64,000 nucleotides of DNA from Bacteroidales bacterium (GCA_030528885.1 JAUMXY010000005.1:6924-70923); one strand, 5' to 3'; shown: positions 18,843-27,320, numbered from the stretch's first letter. Numbers and translations: made by a program. The notes: a model not told the origin generated them from the sequence alone.

Positions 18843-20177
18843 TTAAAACTGATAATAATAGAGATAACTGTCTATCATCTTGCGCTCTAATTGCGAAATG
18901 AATTCCTGTGAGCATTTTATCTGTAGCATCGGACCTTGATATCCAATCAATTTGCCATTGAAATTACAATCTTCTATTCGACAACCTCCACAGCAAATAT
19001 ATCGCAGGTGACAGGCTTGACATGGATGGAGATTGTCAACAGAGGTAATGTTATGAAGGAGTTTGCCCTGCTCTATGAAAGGTCTTATTGACTTCCCTTT
19101 TATATTACCATAACTTTCTACTTCTGATAGCCGATTACAATAGTACACCTCTCCATCAGCTCCGATAGAAATACCTCCATATCCACAATTTCGAGTTATA
19201 CTGTTAGGCTCATGTCCCTCTATAAAGTTCGAATATTGAGCATTAGGATTGACTGCACGTTCTATCTCCATCACTCTATTATAAAAAGAACGATTTTCTT
19301 CCTCCGTATAGTTTGTATTGCGTCCTTGTAATATCTTCTTACTAAGTTTAAAAAATACGGGATATTTGCACTGTTCCTTAATAACCTCTACCATCTGATG
19401 GTATTTTGGAGCAGCATCCTGCTGAAGGTTTTTAAAGGTAAAAGTTGTAGCTACGGAAGTCCTAATTCCTGCATTGGCAAAACGAATGACGTTGGCTACT
19501 ATTTTATCAAAGTGTCCTGCTCCTCGAACTTTAGCATTTGATTGCTCATCGAAACCGTCAATGCTAATTTGAATCTCACTAATGTATGGAGATAGCTTAT
19601 TAATTGATTCTTCTGTCCAAAGGATACCATTAGAAAGTACGGTTGTAGTTAGCCCTTGTTGATGGCTATGGATAAGAATGGTTTCAAAATCACGGTTCAT
19701 TAAGGGTTCCCCTCCGGTAAAGGTCACATTTACCCCCCCCTGGTGGCGGAAGTCCGTCAATATGCGTAGCCATTCTTCTTTGGTAAGCTCATTTGCCAAT
19801 GGTTTGCCAGAGCGCATAAAACAATGGTCACAACTGAGATTACAGGCATTTGTAAGATAACAATTAATCTGTTGGGTTACATCATTCGGTATTGGAGATG
19901 GTGTTGCATTAGTGTTGCCAAACTCCCGCGCAGTAATAGCTGCGAGAAGTCGTTGGAATTCATTTTGCTTGTCAATATCTGTAATTAGCGGGAAGACATC
20001 TCCAATGGTTTTTCCTGTAAGCAGACCCTCCAAAATTATTTTTTGAAAATCGGTTATAACTAACCAGTTAGCTGTAGACACGGCTACTACCAACCATCCC
20101 TCCTTGCAACTTCTGAAAATCACATCTTCAGGAAAAAAGAATCTGTCTGTGCTATTGAGCGTTCCGCTATGTTTCAT
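18843..20177 (-). CDS. radical SAM/SPASM peptide maturase with N-terminal PqqD-like RRE
   Basis: 444 aa. CNLSCDHCF (CxxxCxxC) and the C-terminal CQACHLRYICCGGC SPASM cluster. The N-terminal ~90 aa (EDVIFRSCKEGWLVVAVSTANWLVITDFQKIILEGLLTGKTIGDV) fits a PqqD/RRE pattern. Confidence 0.85.
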   Translation of the reverse strand: MKHSGTLNSTDRFFFPEDVIFRSCKEGWLVVAVSTANWLVITDFQKIILEGLLTGKTIGDVFPLITDIDKQNEFQRLLAAITAREFGNTNATPSPIPNDVTQQINCYLTNACNLSCDHCFMRSGKPLANELTKEEWLRILTDFRHQGGVNVTFTGGEPLMNRDFETILIHSHQQGLTTTVLSNGILWTEESINKLSPYISEIQISIDGFDEQSNAKVRGAGHFDKIVANVIRFANAGIRTSVATTFTFKNLQQDAAPKYHQMVEVIKEQCKYPVFFKLSKKILQGRNTNYTEEENRSFYNRVMEIERAVNPNAQYSNFIEGHEPNSITRNCGYGGISIGADGEVYYCNRLSEVESYGNIKGKSIRPFIEQGKLLHNITSVDNLHPCQACHLRYICCGGCRIEDCNFNGKLIGYQGPMLQIKCSQEFISQLERKMIDSYLYYYQF

Positions 20178-20190
20178 ATCTTAATTCTTA

Positions 20191-20225
20191 AAAATTGTGT
20201 TCCATGGTCTTGGACCGTGGAACAC
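20191..20225 (-). terminator. hairpin + T-run between precursor ORF and rSAM gene (attenuator / partial terminator)
   Basis: Arms 20197-20209 and 20213-20225 pair at 12 of 13 positions around a 3-nt loop. On the sense (minus) strand the hairpin is followed by AATTTTTAAG, 19 nt before the rSAM ATG. Confidence 0.5.
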
Positions 20226-20277
20226 AACCCAATTGGGTAACTATACCGTGATATGAACTTAATCCTTGATCAGGGGA

Positions 20278-20388
20278 TTAGTTCTTGTTCACATCGCAGT
20301 TCTTAAAACAGTACATAGCACCTATGCGCTCTGTCTTTCCTGCTTCTTTTGTCTCCCAATTGAACGAAATTGTGAAAATCTCTTTCAT
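20278..20388 (-). CDS. candidate RiPP precursor peptide (36 aa, below the ORF-track cutoff)
   Basis: My own translation gives MKEIFTISFNWETKEAGKTERIGAMYCFKNCDVNKN. It lies 38 nt downstream of the M42 stop and immediately upstream of the RRE-rSAM gene. The C-terminal segment YCFKNCDVNKN carries 2 Cys plus Asp/Asn. Confidence 0.45.
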   Translation of the reverse strand: MKEIFTISFNWETKEAGKTERIGAMYCFKNCDVNKN

Positions 20389-20426
20389 TTCGAAAACTTT
20401 AATTTTTTTTTAATTAATAATGTTAC

Positions 20427-21482
20427 TTAACTCAATTCCTGCAAAAACTCTGTTAAAAGAGCTATTGCATTATCGGCATCTTCTAATGAAACCATCTCAT
20501 TTGGAGTGTGCATATATCGGCAAGGTATGCTAATCAGCCCAGTCTTAATACCTTTTCCAGCCACTTGAATCATTCGGGCATCGGTACCTGTTGGACTTGC
20601 AATTGCTTCTACTTGATAAGGGATTTTTATCGTCTCAGCTATATTTGTGAATTTCTGATTAAGACCCTTGTTCATATTAGGTCCCATCGGAATGACGACA
20701 CCTTTACCGAGCCGAATGTCACCATCCTTTGCTGGAGACATGGTGGGGTAGTCAGTGGCATGAGTAACATCAATTGCAACACCTATTTCTGGAAGAATAG
20801 CTGCTGACACCATCTGTGCACCTCTAGCTCCCAGTTCCTCTTGAACAGTGGCGACCAAGTAGATATCACAATCTGTTGATATTGTCTGCAAATTGTTTGC
20901 CAAACCTATAAGTACTGCCAAACCTATCTTGTCATCAAGCGATTTTGATAGAACAAAAGTGTCAGTCAAGATGGTAGGCATTGTTGCATACGTTGCCACA
21001 GACCCAACTTGAACCTTGGACAACGCATCTTCTTTATCTTTGGCGGCAATGTCAATCCACAAGTCTTCTGGGCTAAGATTCTTACCACAATCCGGTTCGC
21101 CTTGCAAGTGAATAGGTTTTCGTCCGATAATGCCAGTAACGAGTCCTTGTTTTCCTTGTATATAAATGCGTTGACCTGGTAGTAAGTTTGTATCGATACC
21201 ACCAATTTGATTAAAATACAAGAATCCCCTGTCGTCAATGTAACTAATCATGAAACCCACTTCATCAGCATGAGCCATAAACATTATCTTAGGGCCATTA
21301 CCTTTCTTATGGGCGATACAATTACCATTAACATCGCAATTAACCTCGTCGACATACGGCATAACCGTTTTGGCAAAGAACTCTATTAACTGCTCCTCGC
21401 TTCCTGACGGACTTGCCATCAGCAAACTCTTATGTAATATATCCTTCAGCCAAACATCCATAGAGTTCAAATTTGGATACAA
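20427..21482 (-). CDS. M42-family aminopeptidase (FrvX/CelM-like)
   Basis: 351 aa with MAHADEVGFMI and DDKIGLAVL plus metal-binding His/Asp/Glu blocks typical of M42. The true start may be MDVWLKDIL at 21461. Confidence 0.8.
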   Translation of the reverse strand: MYPNLNSMDVWLKDILHKSLLMASPSGSEEQLIEFFAKTVMPYVDEVNCDVNGNCIAHKKGNGPKIMFMAHADEVGFMISYIDDRGFLYFNQIGGIDTNLLPGQRIYIQGKQGLVTGIIGRKPIHLQGEPDCGKNLSPEDLWIDIAAKDKEDALSKVQVGSVATYATMPTILTDTFVLSKSLDDKIGLAVLIGLANNLQTISTDCDIYLVATVQEELGARGAQMVSAAILPEIGVAIDVTHATDYPTMSPAKDGDIRLGKGVVIPMGPNMNKGLNQKFTNIAETIKIPYQVEAIASPTGTDARMIQVAGKGIKTGLISIPCRYMHTPNEMVSLEDADNAIALLTEFLQELS

Positions 21483-21746
21483 AGTTACGAAATAATTTTA
21501 TTTCTCAAACAAAAACTTTACAAAATAGTTACTTTAAGTTTCTATTATACGAATATAGTCAGCTTGCTCGATTTAAGAACATAAAAACTGAGGTATTTAG
21601 ATTCTGTTAGAAAATGAATCGTATTCTATGTTAAATTAGAGTACATACACAAACCACCTTGCCCTTTCTCATTCTGACCATTACAGGTTGACCCACTGGA
21701 ATCAACAATAATTCGCAACGTTCTGACAATATTCGAAGCCCCCCTC

Positions 21747-22307
21747 TTACGTTTTTTTATGATAATCCCCTCTTAGTTCTTGCAAATAGGTGGCTTCTTC
21801 TGGGGAATCGGCCCTATCTGTTGGAACCCGTCCCGTGTACCCCACAAAGTGAGCCATCATTTTCTCAACATGTGGATGATCCAACTGACCTTCATTGATT
21901 AAATCATCTAGCTCATCAACATCAAGAGAACGTAGTTGTTGGAAGTCAACAAGAAGTAATGGGGCATCTATAACTGGGTTGGGATCAAAGAAAAAATATC
22001 GTCCCACATTTGAATTATGAATAAAATTGGTCAAATAATTCACAAATGATTCCCAAGCCTTTTTTGTCAGTCCCCCCTCTTCATTCGCTGATTCTACTTT
22101 TCCCTTGTATTCTTTCGTAGACATCAAAGTTTCCTTAGCCGGAACAAGGGCGGCAACAATTAAGAAACTTAATTTATCATGCTCGAAATCACAAGCGTTT
22201 GATAAAACAATACTCAACACCGGATTTTCCTCACCTCTTCCCCAATCAACCCCACTGACAATACTGCCTTGAGTTATGTTTTCCCGTGCCCCAACAACCC
22301 ACTGCAT
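21747..22307 (-). CDS. hypothetical protein (186 aa), third gene of a 3-gene operon
   Basis: Starts 2 nt after the upstream stop. The N-terminal GSIVSGVDW...VLSIVLSNACDF...LIVAALVP is only vaguely MazF/PemK-like. No firm family. Confidence 0.4.
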   Translation of the reverse strand: MQWVVGARENITQGSIVSGVDWGRGEENPVLSIVLSNACDFEHDKLSFLIVAALVPAKETLMSTKEYKGKVESANEEGGLTKKAWESFVNYLTNFIHNSNVGRYFFFDPNPVIDAPLLLVDFQQLRSLDVDELDDLINEGQLDHPHVEKMMAHFVGYTGRVPTDRADSPEEATYLQELRGDYHKKT

Positions 22308-22308
22308 A

Positions 22309-22623
22309 TCAATAATCCATTTCTATAATGTCACCGACACTCTTATTGCTGTATGCTTTCTTAAACCATTCCGACTTGGCCATCTGGGCGTAACGCTTAC
22401 GGAAATTTTTCTTTTGGGGACTCACATACCTGACCTCTTGTACATAAGTCGTTGAATAATCATAGGTCTGCACTGTGACCACACTCACCATAGCCTGCTC
22501 ATCACGAGCAAGGGCTGGAGTCATGGTCATTGACAAAGCGCCAGCCAATGCTGCCATCTTAAAAAAAGTATTCTGGCTGCTGCTGGTCATTGTATTTTGT
22601 TCCTTATTATCGCTCATTCTCAA
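22309..22623 (-). CDS. small secreted protein (signal peptide ...ALSMTMTPALA)
   Basis: 104-aa ORF; the likely start MTSSSQ at 22590 gives 93 aa. Overlapped or abutted by both neighbours. Confidence 0.4.
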   Translation of the reverse strand: MRMSDNKEQNTMTSSSQNTFFKMAALAGALSMTMTPALARDEQAMVSVVTVQTYDYSTTYVQEVRYVSPQKKNFRKRYAQMAKSEWFKKAYSNKSVGDIIEMDY

Positions 22624-23242
22624 TCAGTCTTTTGATAATTCTTTCTTCTATTGTTTCGATTGAACTTTCTATTAACGATTTAGCCTCTTCTCCTATCGGC
22701 ATTCCACTTAAAAATTGGTTATGATGATGATTGATATTGGCAAAAATTCCATTTCGTATTCCACGACGTGGCTCAATTTCCACATTTGCAACTTGGGTCT
22801 CATTTATTCCAAGTCTCAAATTCAGTTTGTTGCACATCTGAAAGGAAGACGCATCTGATAAAGAGGGGTTAATAAAATGATTCCATAACCAAACTTCCGA
22901 ACTTTCGTTTATATCCGTCCACTGATATTCACTGTTAATACCAAAAGAAGAAAATCTGTTCCCATGGATAAACTTGTCAATTTCTGGCTGTAAAGCCTCC
23001 ATATATTCCTGCAAACCATTTCTATCTTTCGCTTTTATAACAAGTCTTGTAGGACTTAACACCATCATGGGAAAAGGTTTGTTTTCTATCGCTACAACAT
23101 ACCCATCTGGAGTAAATCCATTAAACGTATCATAAGGCAGACCAAACAAATCTTTCGCAAATCTATTATCAAAGTTTGGTAATACAGCCAAAGGCTTCTC
23201 CCAAACTCCCACAAAGGAAATGCTAAAACTGGTTTTCTCCAT
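22607..23242 (-). CDS. hypothetical protein (211 aa), first gene of a 3-gene operon
   Basis: Clean ORF with no recognisable motifs. Confidence 0.4.
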   Translation of the reverse strand: MEKTSFSISFVGVWEKPLAVLPNFDNRFAKDLFGLPYDTFNGFTPDGYVVAIENKPFPMMVLSPTRLVIKAKDRNGLQEYMEALQPEIDKFIHGNRFSSFGINSEYQWTDINESSEVWLWNHFINPSLSDASSFQMCNKLNLRLGINETQVANVEIEPRRGIRNGIFANINHHHNQFLSGMPIGEEAKSLIESSIETIEERIIKRLIENER

Positions 23243-23628
23243 TATTTACAATAATCTCTAAATTTCGTGCAAAAATAGTTCCTTTTTTTTATTCGAGAAA
23301 ATTTTTTGAGAAGGAATTAAGTATTTTTGATTTAAAATCATGTTTTTTTGTATTTCAGAATTGTTTTTACCTGTTTACGAGAAAACTGGGATTGTTTATA
23401 TGCAAAAATCATCAAATATGTAGAAAAATATCTCCATGGATAGGAATTCTGAACGAAGAACTGGGTAAGGTATGATAACTTATCGTGTCATCAGGGTTAA
23501 GGGAAAACGTGGGCTATGTGTAATATTAAACAAAATTGAGTGACATCGTGTAATGTTAAAGGTTGAGAGAAGCTGACACAGTGTGGAGATGAAATAAAAC
23601 AATTTAACACCTTGTGACCAACAGACAC

Positions 23629-23927
23629 ATGCCTCTGGCGGACAAATATAATGCACTGTTTGCAGACACGGGCATCGACTTTATGGCATTTGCCTCACTC
23701 TTGATTGGAGGGCTCTATTATCTTCATCTCCATAGAGAACGTCCACATTCTGCAACATCGACATGGAGAAGGAGGAAGGAACCCAACGCATTGATAGGGC
23801 AATAAAGACCTTCACCAACATCATCTTCTCCTTGCTCGAACACGGGGGCGCCAAACAGGATGTGGCAGAAAGGATGAGAACAAAAGGTGTTGACGAGCAA
23901 ACCATCAAGGTGTGCTTACTAATATGA
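23629..23927 (+). pseudogene. direct repeat, right copy: displaced or decayed 3' fragment of a TetR gene
   Basis: Encodes ...PLADKYNALFADTGIDF(M/V)A(F/L)ASLLIGGLYYLHLHRER. A 1-nt deletion follows, after which the shifted frame still reads MEKEEGTQRIDRAIKTFTNIIFSLLE...DEQTIKVCLLI. No 5' part of the gene is present. Confidence 0.8.
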
Positions 23928-23980
23928 TTAGAGCATTCAGTACTGCCCCAATCATATCTCCGTGCTATTTCAACATGCCT

Positions 23981-24466
23981 TTACGCGTTCAAAAAGAGTT
24001 GTCTGTTCAAAAAATTGTGAACAAATCGTATTTTCTGAACAAAAAAAAATGGAAGTATAGTTATTGCAATATCACCAACAAAACAAGACTCTCCTATAGC
24101 CTGTACTTTATTAGGAATCTTTACTTCTTTCAAACTCTTGCAACCGTTAAAAGCATAGCTTCCCAACGATGTAACATCTTCACCTATTGTCAATGTCTCC
24201 AGTGATGTACAACCTTGGAATGCACAATCACCTATTTGACCATTATTCGCAACAGAAAACAAAGAGCTCTGATAGGGGTAAACCTTCATGTCCTTCTTAT
24301 CCCACATATCCCCAAAACTATATTGGTCATTGGCTACATAGTTAATTCTTCCTGCCAGATACTCGTAACCTTCTGGTGGAGTATTTGTCAACCAAATAGT
24401 TTTTTCTGGAATGCACAGATTTACGCCTATTTTAAGTACACCAGCTCCAATTGTCATGGAAGTCAA
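23981..24466 (-). pseudogene. BspA-type leucine-rich-repeat protein fragment
   Basis: Has DCAFQGCTSLETLTIGEDVTSLGSYAFNGCKSLKEVKIPNKVQAIGESCF. The upstream in-frame sequence hits a stop, the C-terminal tail is degenerate, and there is no signal peptide. Confidence 0.5.
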
Positions 24467-24847
24467 GCTGGAGCAGTATGTGACTTTCAGAATATTCCGT
24501 TAGGGCCTGGCGACCAGGACTCTTTGGACAATATTGTAGTTAAGGTATTTATTAAAGGTATGGTTTCCTTTGAAGCTGTAAAAAAAGACATAGACATTAA
24601 CAAGTACTTCTTTAAAGATAGAAGTGAATGTATAGATGTTATTTATTCTTTTGATAAATATGATAAGAAGATAAAGTCAATTGAGTTCGACAGACACGAT
24701 ATCAATGCCAGGTTGGTTTTCTTAGAGTCAGATATCAACGAGGAAGTTCCTAAAGAACTTGTCGTGGAGAATATATCTCTACCTCTGAAGAAATACGAAA
24801 TGTTTACCCGGAAAGGAAGAAAGTAACGCTAAACCTGAGAAGAAAAA

Positions 24848-25324
24848 ATGAGGATTGCTTCGGTATTCATATTCTCGTTGATGATTCTGTCGTCTTGTTC
24901 CCATAAGGACGAGGCGATAGAACTATCACGGGATTTCTTTGCTTCATTATCCGACTCCACCTATGGAAAGACCAATGACTTCTATCCCGATTATGACTCT
25001 TTGGGCATTGAAGCAAAGTCAGACATTGTGGACATCGAGGCATCAGATGTTACCGAAAAGAACGACACTGCCACCGTCCGTTGCTATAACAACTATACCA
25101 ATAGTGAGGGAACCTTCATGCAGGATAGCGTTACCCTGTTCATTACAAGGAACGAGGATAAGCAGTACTACATCTATGATTCGAAGGGACTCATTGTTAT
25201 TGACAAGGAACTGGCGTGGTTCGGAAAGGTTACTGGTGCCTTTGGCAAGAAACAGACCAATGACCAGGCATTAGCAAAACGTATCGAGCAAGTCAGGAGC
25301 ATGATGTGGGGACAAATACATTGA
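24848..25324 (+). CDS. lipoprotein, possibly the 5' part of a disrupted gene
   Basis: 158 aa with lipobox MILSSC. It is followed by frame-shifted coding-like sequence. Confidence 0.45.
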   Translation: MRIASVFIFSLMILSSCSHKDEAIELSRDFFASLSDSTYGKTNDFYPDYDSLGIEAKSDIVDIEASDVTEKNDTATVRCYNNYTNSEGTFMQDSVTLFITRNEDKQYYIYDSKGLIVIDKELAWFGKVTGAFGKKQTNDQALAKRIEQVRSMMWGQIH

Positions 25325-25693
25325 AGTCCGTGCGGAACTGACTACCAAGGTGAAGATTGCCAACTGGTCATAGGAAACAAGCTATAGCGGTGATGCACAT
25401 GGAGAGGGAAGGGTTGTCAACATCTGGACTATTCCATATCGGGTGTGAAATACCATGTGAACTACTATGACCGCAAGGGCGACTTTATGGCAGAGGATAA
25501 TGGAAGCATCAGCAAGACATTATATCCAGGCGAGAAATACAACTTCACCTTCTGGAGTTCCAATGCTAAATATCCGAATACTGCAAGTCTCAGACTTGAT
25601 TTCTCGGACAATATGGTTTTGAAGATTATTAAGGAGCAGACCTATACAGGCAAGGAGTTCCAAGAATACTTGAAACGCCAAAAGTCCAAATAA
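25325..25693 (+). pseudogene. frame-disrupted continuation (stops and frameshifts) ending in an 82-aa ORF
   Basis: Reading EVRAELTTKVKIANWS* then ETSYSGDAHGEGRVVN.., followed by the GTG-initiated ORF at 25445..25693. Coding-like sequence is interrupted. Confidence 0.3.
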
Positions 25694-26344
25694 TCAGAAA
25701 GCCAAGTCGTTCAAGCTCGAGTTCTTCACTGAGCGAACATAATCAATGAGGATGGTAGGGTCAAAAGCCTTGCCATCCTTTTTTGTTGTAAGATGCAGAT
25801 GTTCACCAGTGGATGCTCCTGTATTGCCTGTTAATCCCAATGGCTCTCCAGCTTGAAGGTAATCATTGGTCTTTACGTATTGTTCTGACAGATGGCAATA
25901 GCTGACCGTGTAGTTAGCAGTCTGTACTGTCACGTATTTACCTGAACGGCTGTCATATCCTACCCTAAGCACCTTGCCTGGCAGCATCGACAGAACATCC
26001 TCATGTCGAGCATGAAGGTCGATGCCGTTGTGCATGATATACTTATGATATACAGGGTGCTTCCTCATTCCGAACTTTGAGTTTACTTGTATCTTCTTTA
26101 GAGGGAAGGACACACTGAGGTACGTCCTCAGTCTCTCTTCTTTCCCTTCTATCCTATCGGGAATCTCTGTAGATGCTGTATCTGACGGCAGAACACTATC
26201 CTTCGGAGCAACTGTTTGTTCTGAAGGATTTTCTATTGTCTTGATTGATGGGCGACTTGCAACATGACCGATGGTATTGAACTGTGCGAAACTTGCAATC
26301 GGAACAAATGCCGATGTGAGTATTACGAGTATTGATTTTTTCAT
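25694..26344 (-). CDS. M23-family peptidase (secreted)
   Basis: 216 aa with a signal peptide, HNGIDLHA and GNTGASTGEHLHL motifs. Confidence 0.85.
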   Translation of the reverse strand: MKKSILVILTSAFVPIASFAQFNTIGHVASRPSIKTIENPSEQTVAPKDSVLPSDTASTEIPDRIEGKEERLRTYLSVSFPLKKIQVNSKFGMRKHPVYHKYIMHNGIDLHARHEDVLSMLPGKVLRVGYDSRSGKYVTVQTANYTVSYCHLSEQYVKTNDYLQAGEPLGLTGNTGASTGEHLHLTTKKDGKAFDPTILIDYVRSVKNSSLNDLAF

Positions 26345-26421
26345 GGTGCAAAATTAGTGCTCTTATGTCACTTGGAAAAATAACATCAGATAATACCATA
26401 CAATTATAACATTTGATAAGT

Positions 26422-26457
26422 TTTGAGTATGATTTCTTCTGCAAAATTATACTCAAA
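26422..26457. promoter_or_regulatory. inverted repeat TTTGAGTAT-N18-ATACTCAAA upstream of the plus-strand operon
   Basis: TTTGAGTATGATT at 26422-26434; its reverse complement TTTGAGTATAATT at 26445-26457. The same 13-mer recurs at 50672-50684. Confidence 0.4.
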
Positions 26458-26561
26458 TGTTATCAAGACTCAAAATCGACCTGATTTAGTATTTTCTTCA
26501 GCTAAGATGAATAATTATGGTGTACCTTCGCAGCCAAAATTGTTTCATCAACTGATAAAAA

Positions 26562-27320
26562 TTGAAGAAAATGCAGTTTACCGAGAACGAAATTCCATTT
26601 CAGACCCTTGACCGTTTGGGTCTGACCCGTGAAATGATTGAAGACCTCCCTGTCAGGATTACCAATGACATTCTCGAAGGAAGACGCTCGCCCGTACTTC
26701 CTATTATGGTTATTGACCAAGAGGGCAATGAGGTCAAGAGTCGTAGCCGCTTCAAACTCATCCGCAAGGAGGACGGTGATGTTGATGCTCTCTTCTATCC
26801 TGAGATAGAGAAAGCAGATCTTAGACTGTTCTCAGAGCAGAACCGCGCTCTCTTAGAAAAAGGTAAGACTATCATTGCCACCATTCCAGATAAGAATGGC
26901 AGCATGGTACGCTCCTTTGTACAGATTGACAACGAGACCAACCAGGTATTGTCTGCACCTGTTCAGGTTATCGCCCGTAACCTCCAGTTCATTTCAGAGG
27001 ATATCCATCTGAGCGAAGCCGAGTTCAACAACCTTCAGAATGGTGAGCCTGTCACCTTCGTCCGTGAAGACGATGACGAACCTATCACTGTTGGTATTGA
27101 CCTTAGCAACCGCACTGGAGTACGTGTATCTCCGGGCGATGCCAAAATGTGGAGCGAACAGCGAACCCGTGATTGGGACAAGTTCACCTTCGGCATCTAC
27201 GGCTGTTGGGTCATGGGTGATGACGGCAATCTTGATTACGTCAAGGAAGAGGACTACACCGATGAACTCTGGAATGAGCAAAGAAAGGCTGGTCTCAGAA
27301 GCATGGGACACTTGCGCTAA
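26562..27320 (+). CDS. DUF4099-like domain protein
   Basis: 252 aa. The N-terminus ENEIPFQTLDRLGLTREMIEDLP...LEGRRSPVLPI matches the remembered DUF4099 pattern of Bacteroidales conjugative elements. Confidence 0.5.
   Translation: MKKMQFTENEIPFQTLDRLGLTREMIEDLPVRITNDILEGRRSPVLPIMVIDQEGNEVKSRSRFKLIRKEDGDVDALFYPEIEKADLRLFSEQNRALLEKGKTIIATIPDKNGSMVRSFVQIDNETNQVLSAPVQVIARNLQFISEDIHLSEAEFNNLQNGEPVTFVREDDDEPITVGIDLSNRTGVRVSPGDAKMWSEQRTRDWDKFTFGIYGCWVMGDDGNLDYVKEEDYTDELWNEQRKAGLRSMGHLR

Noticed and set aside
21483-21746. Bacteroidetes TAnnTTTG promoter upstream of the M42 gene
   Set aside because: I found only near-misses (CTATTTTG, AGTTTTTG) and no exact consensus at a sensible distance, so no call was made.
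24215-24826. 203-aa plus-strand ORF
   Set aside because: Its first ~85 codons are simply antisense to the LRR fragment. Only the last ~90 codons (from about 24560) might be coding, and they match nothing I recognise.
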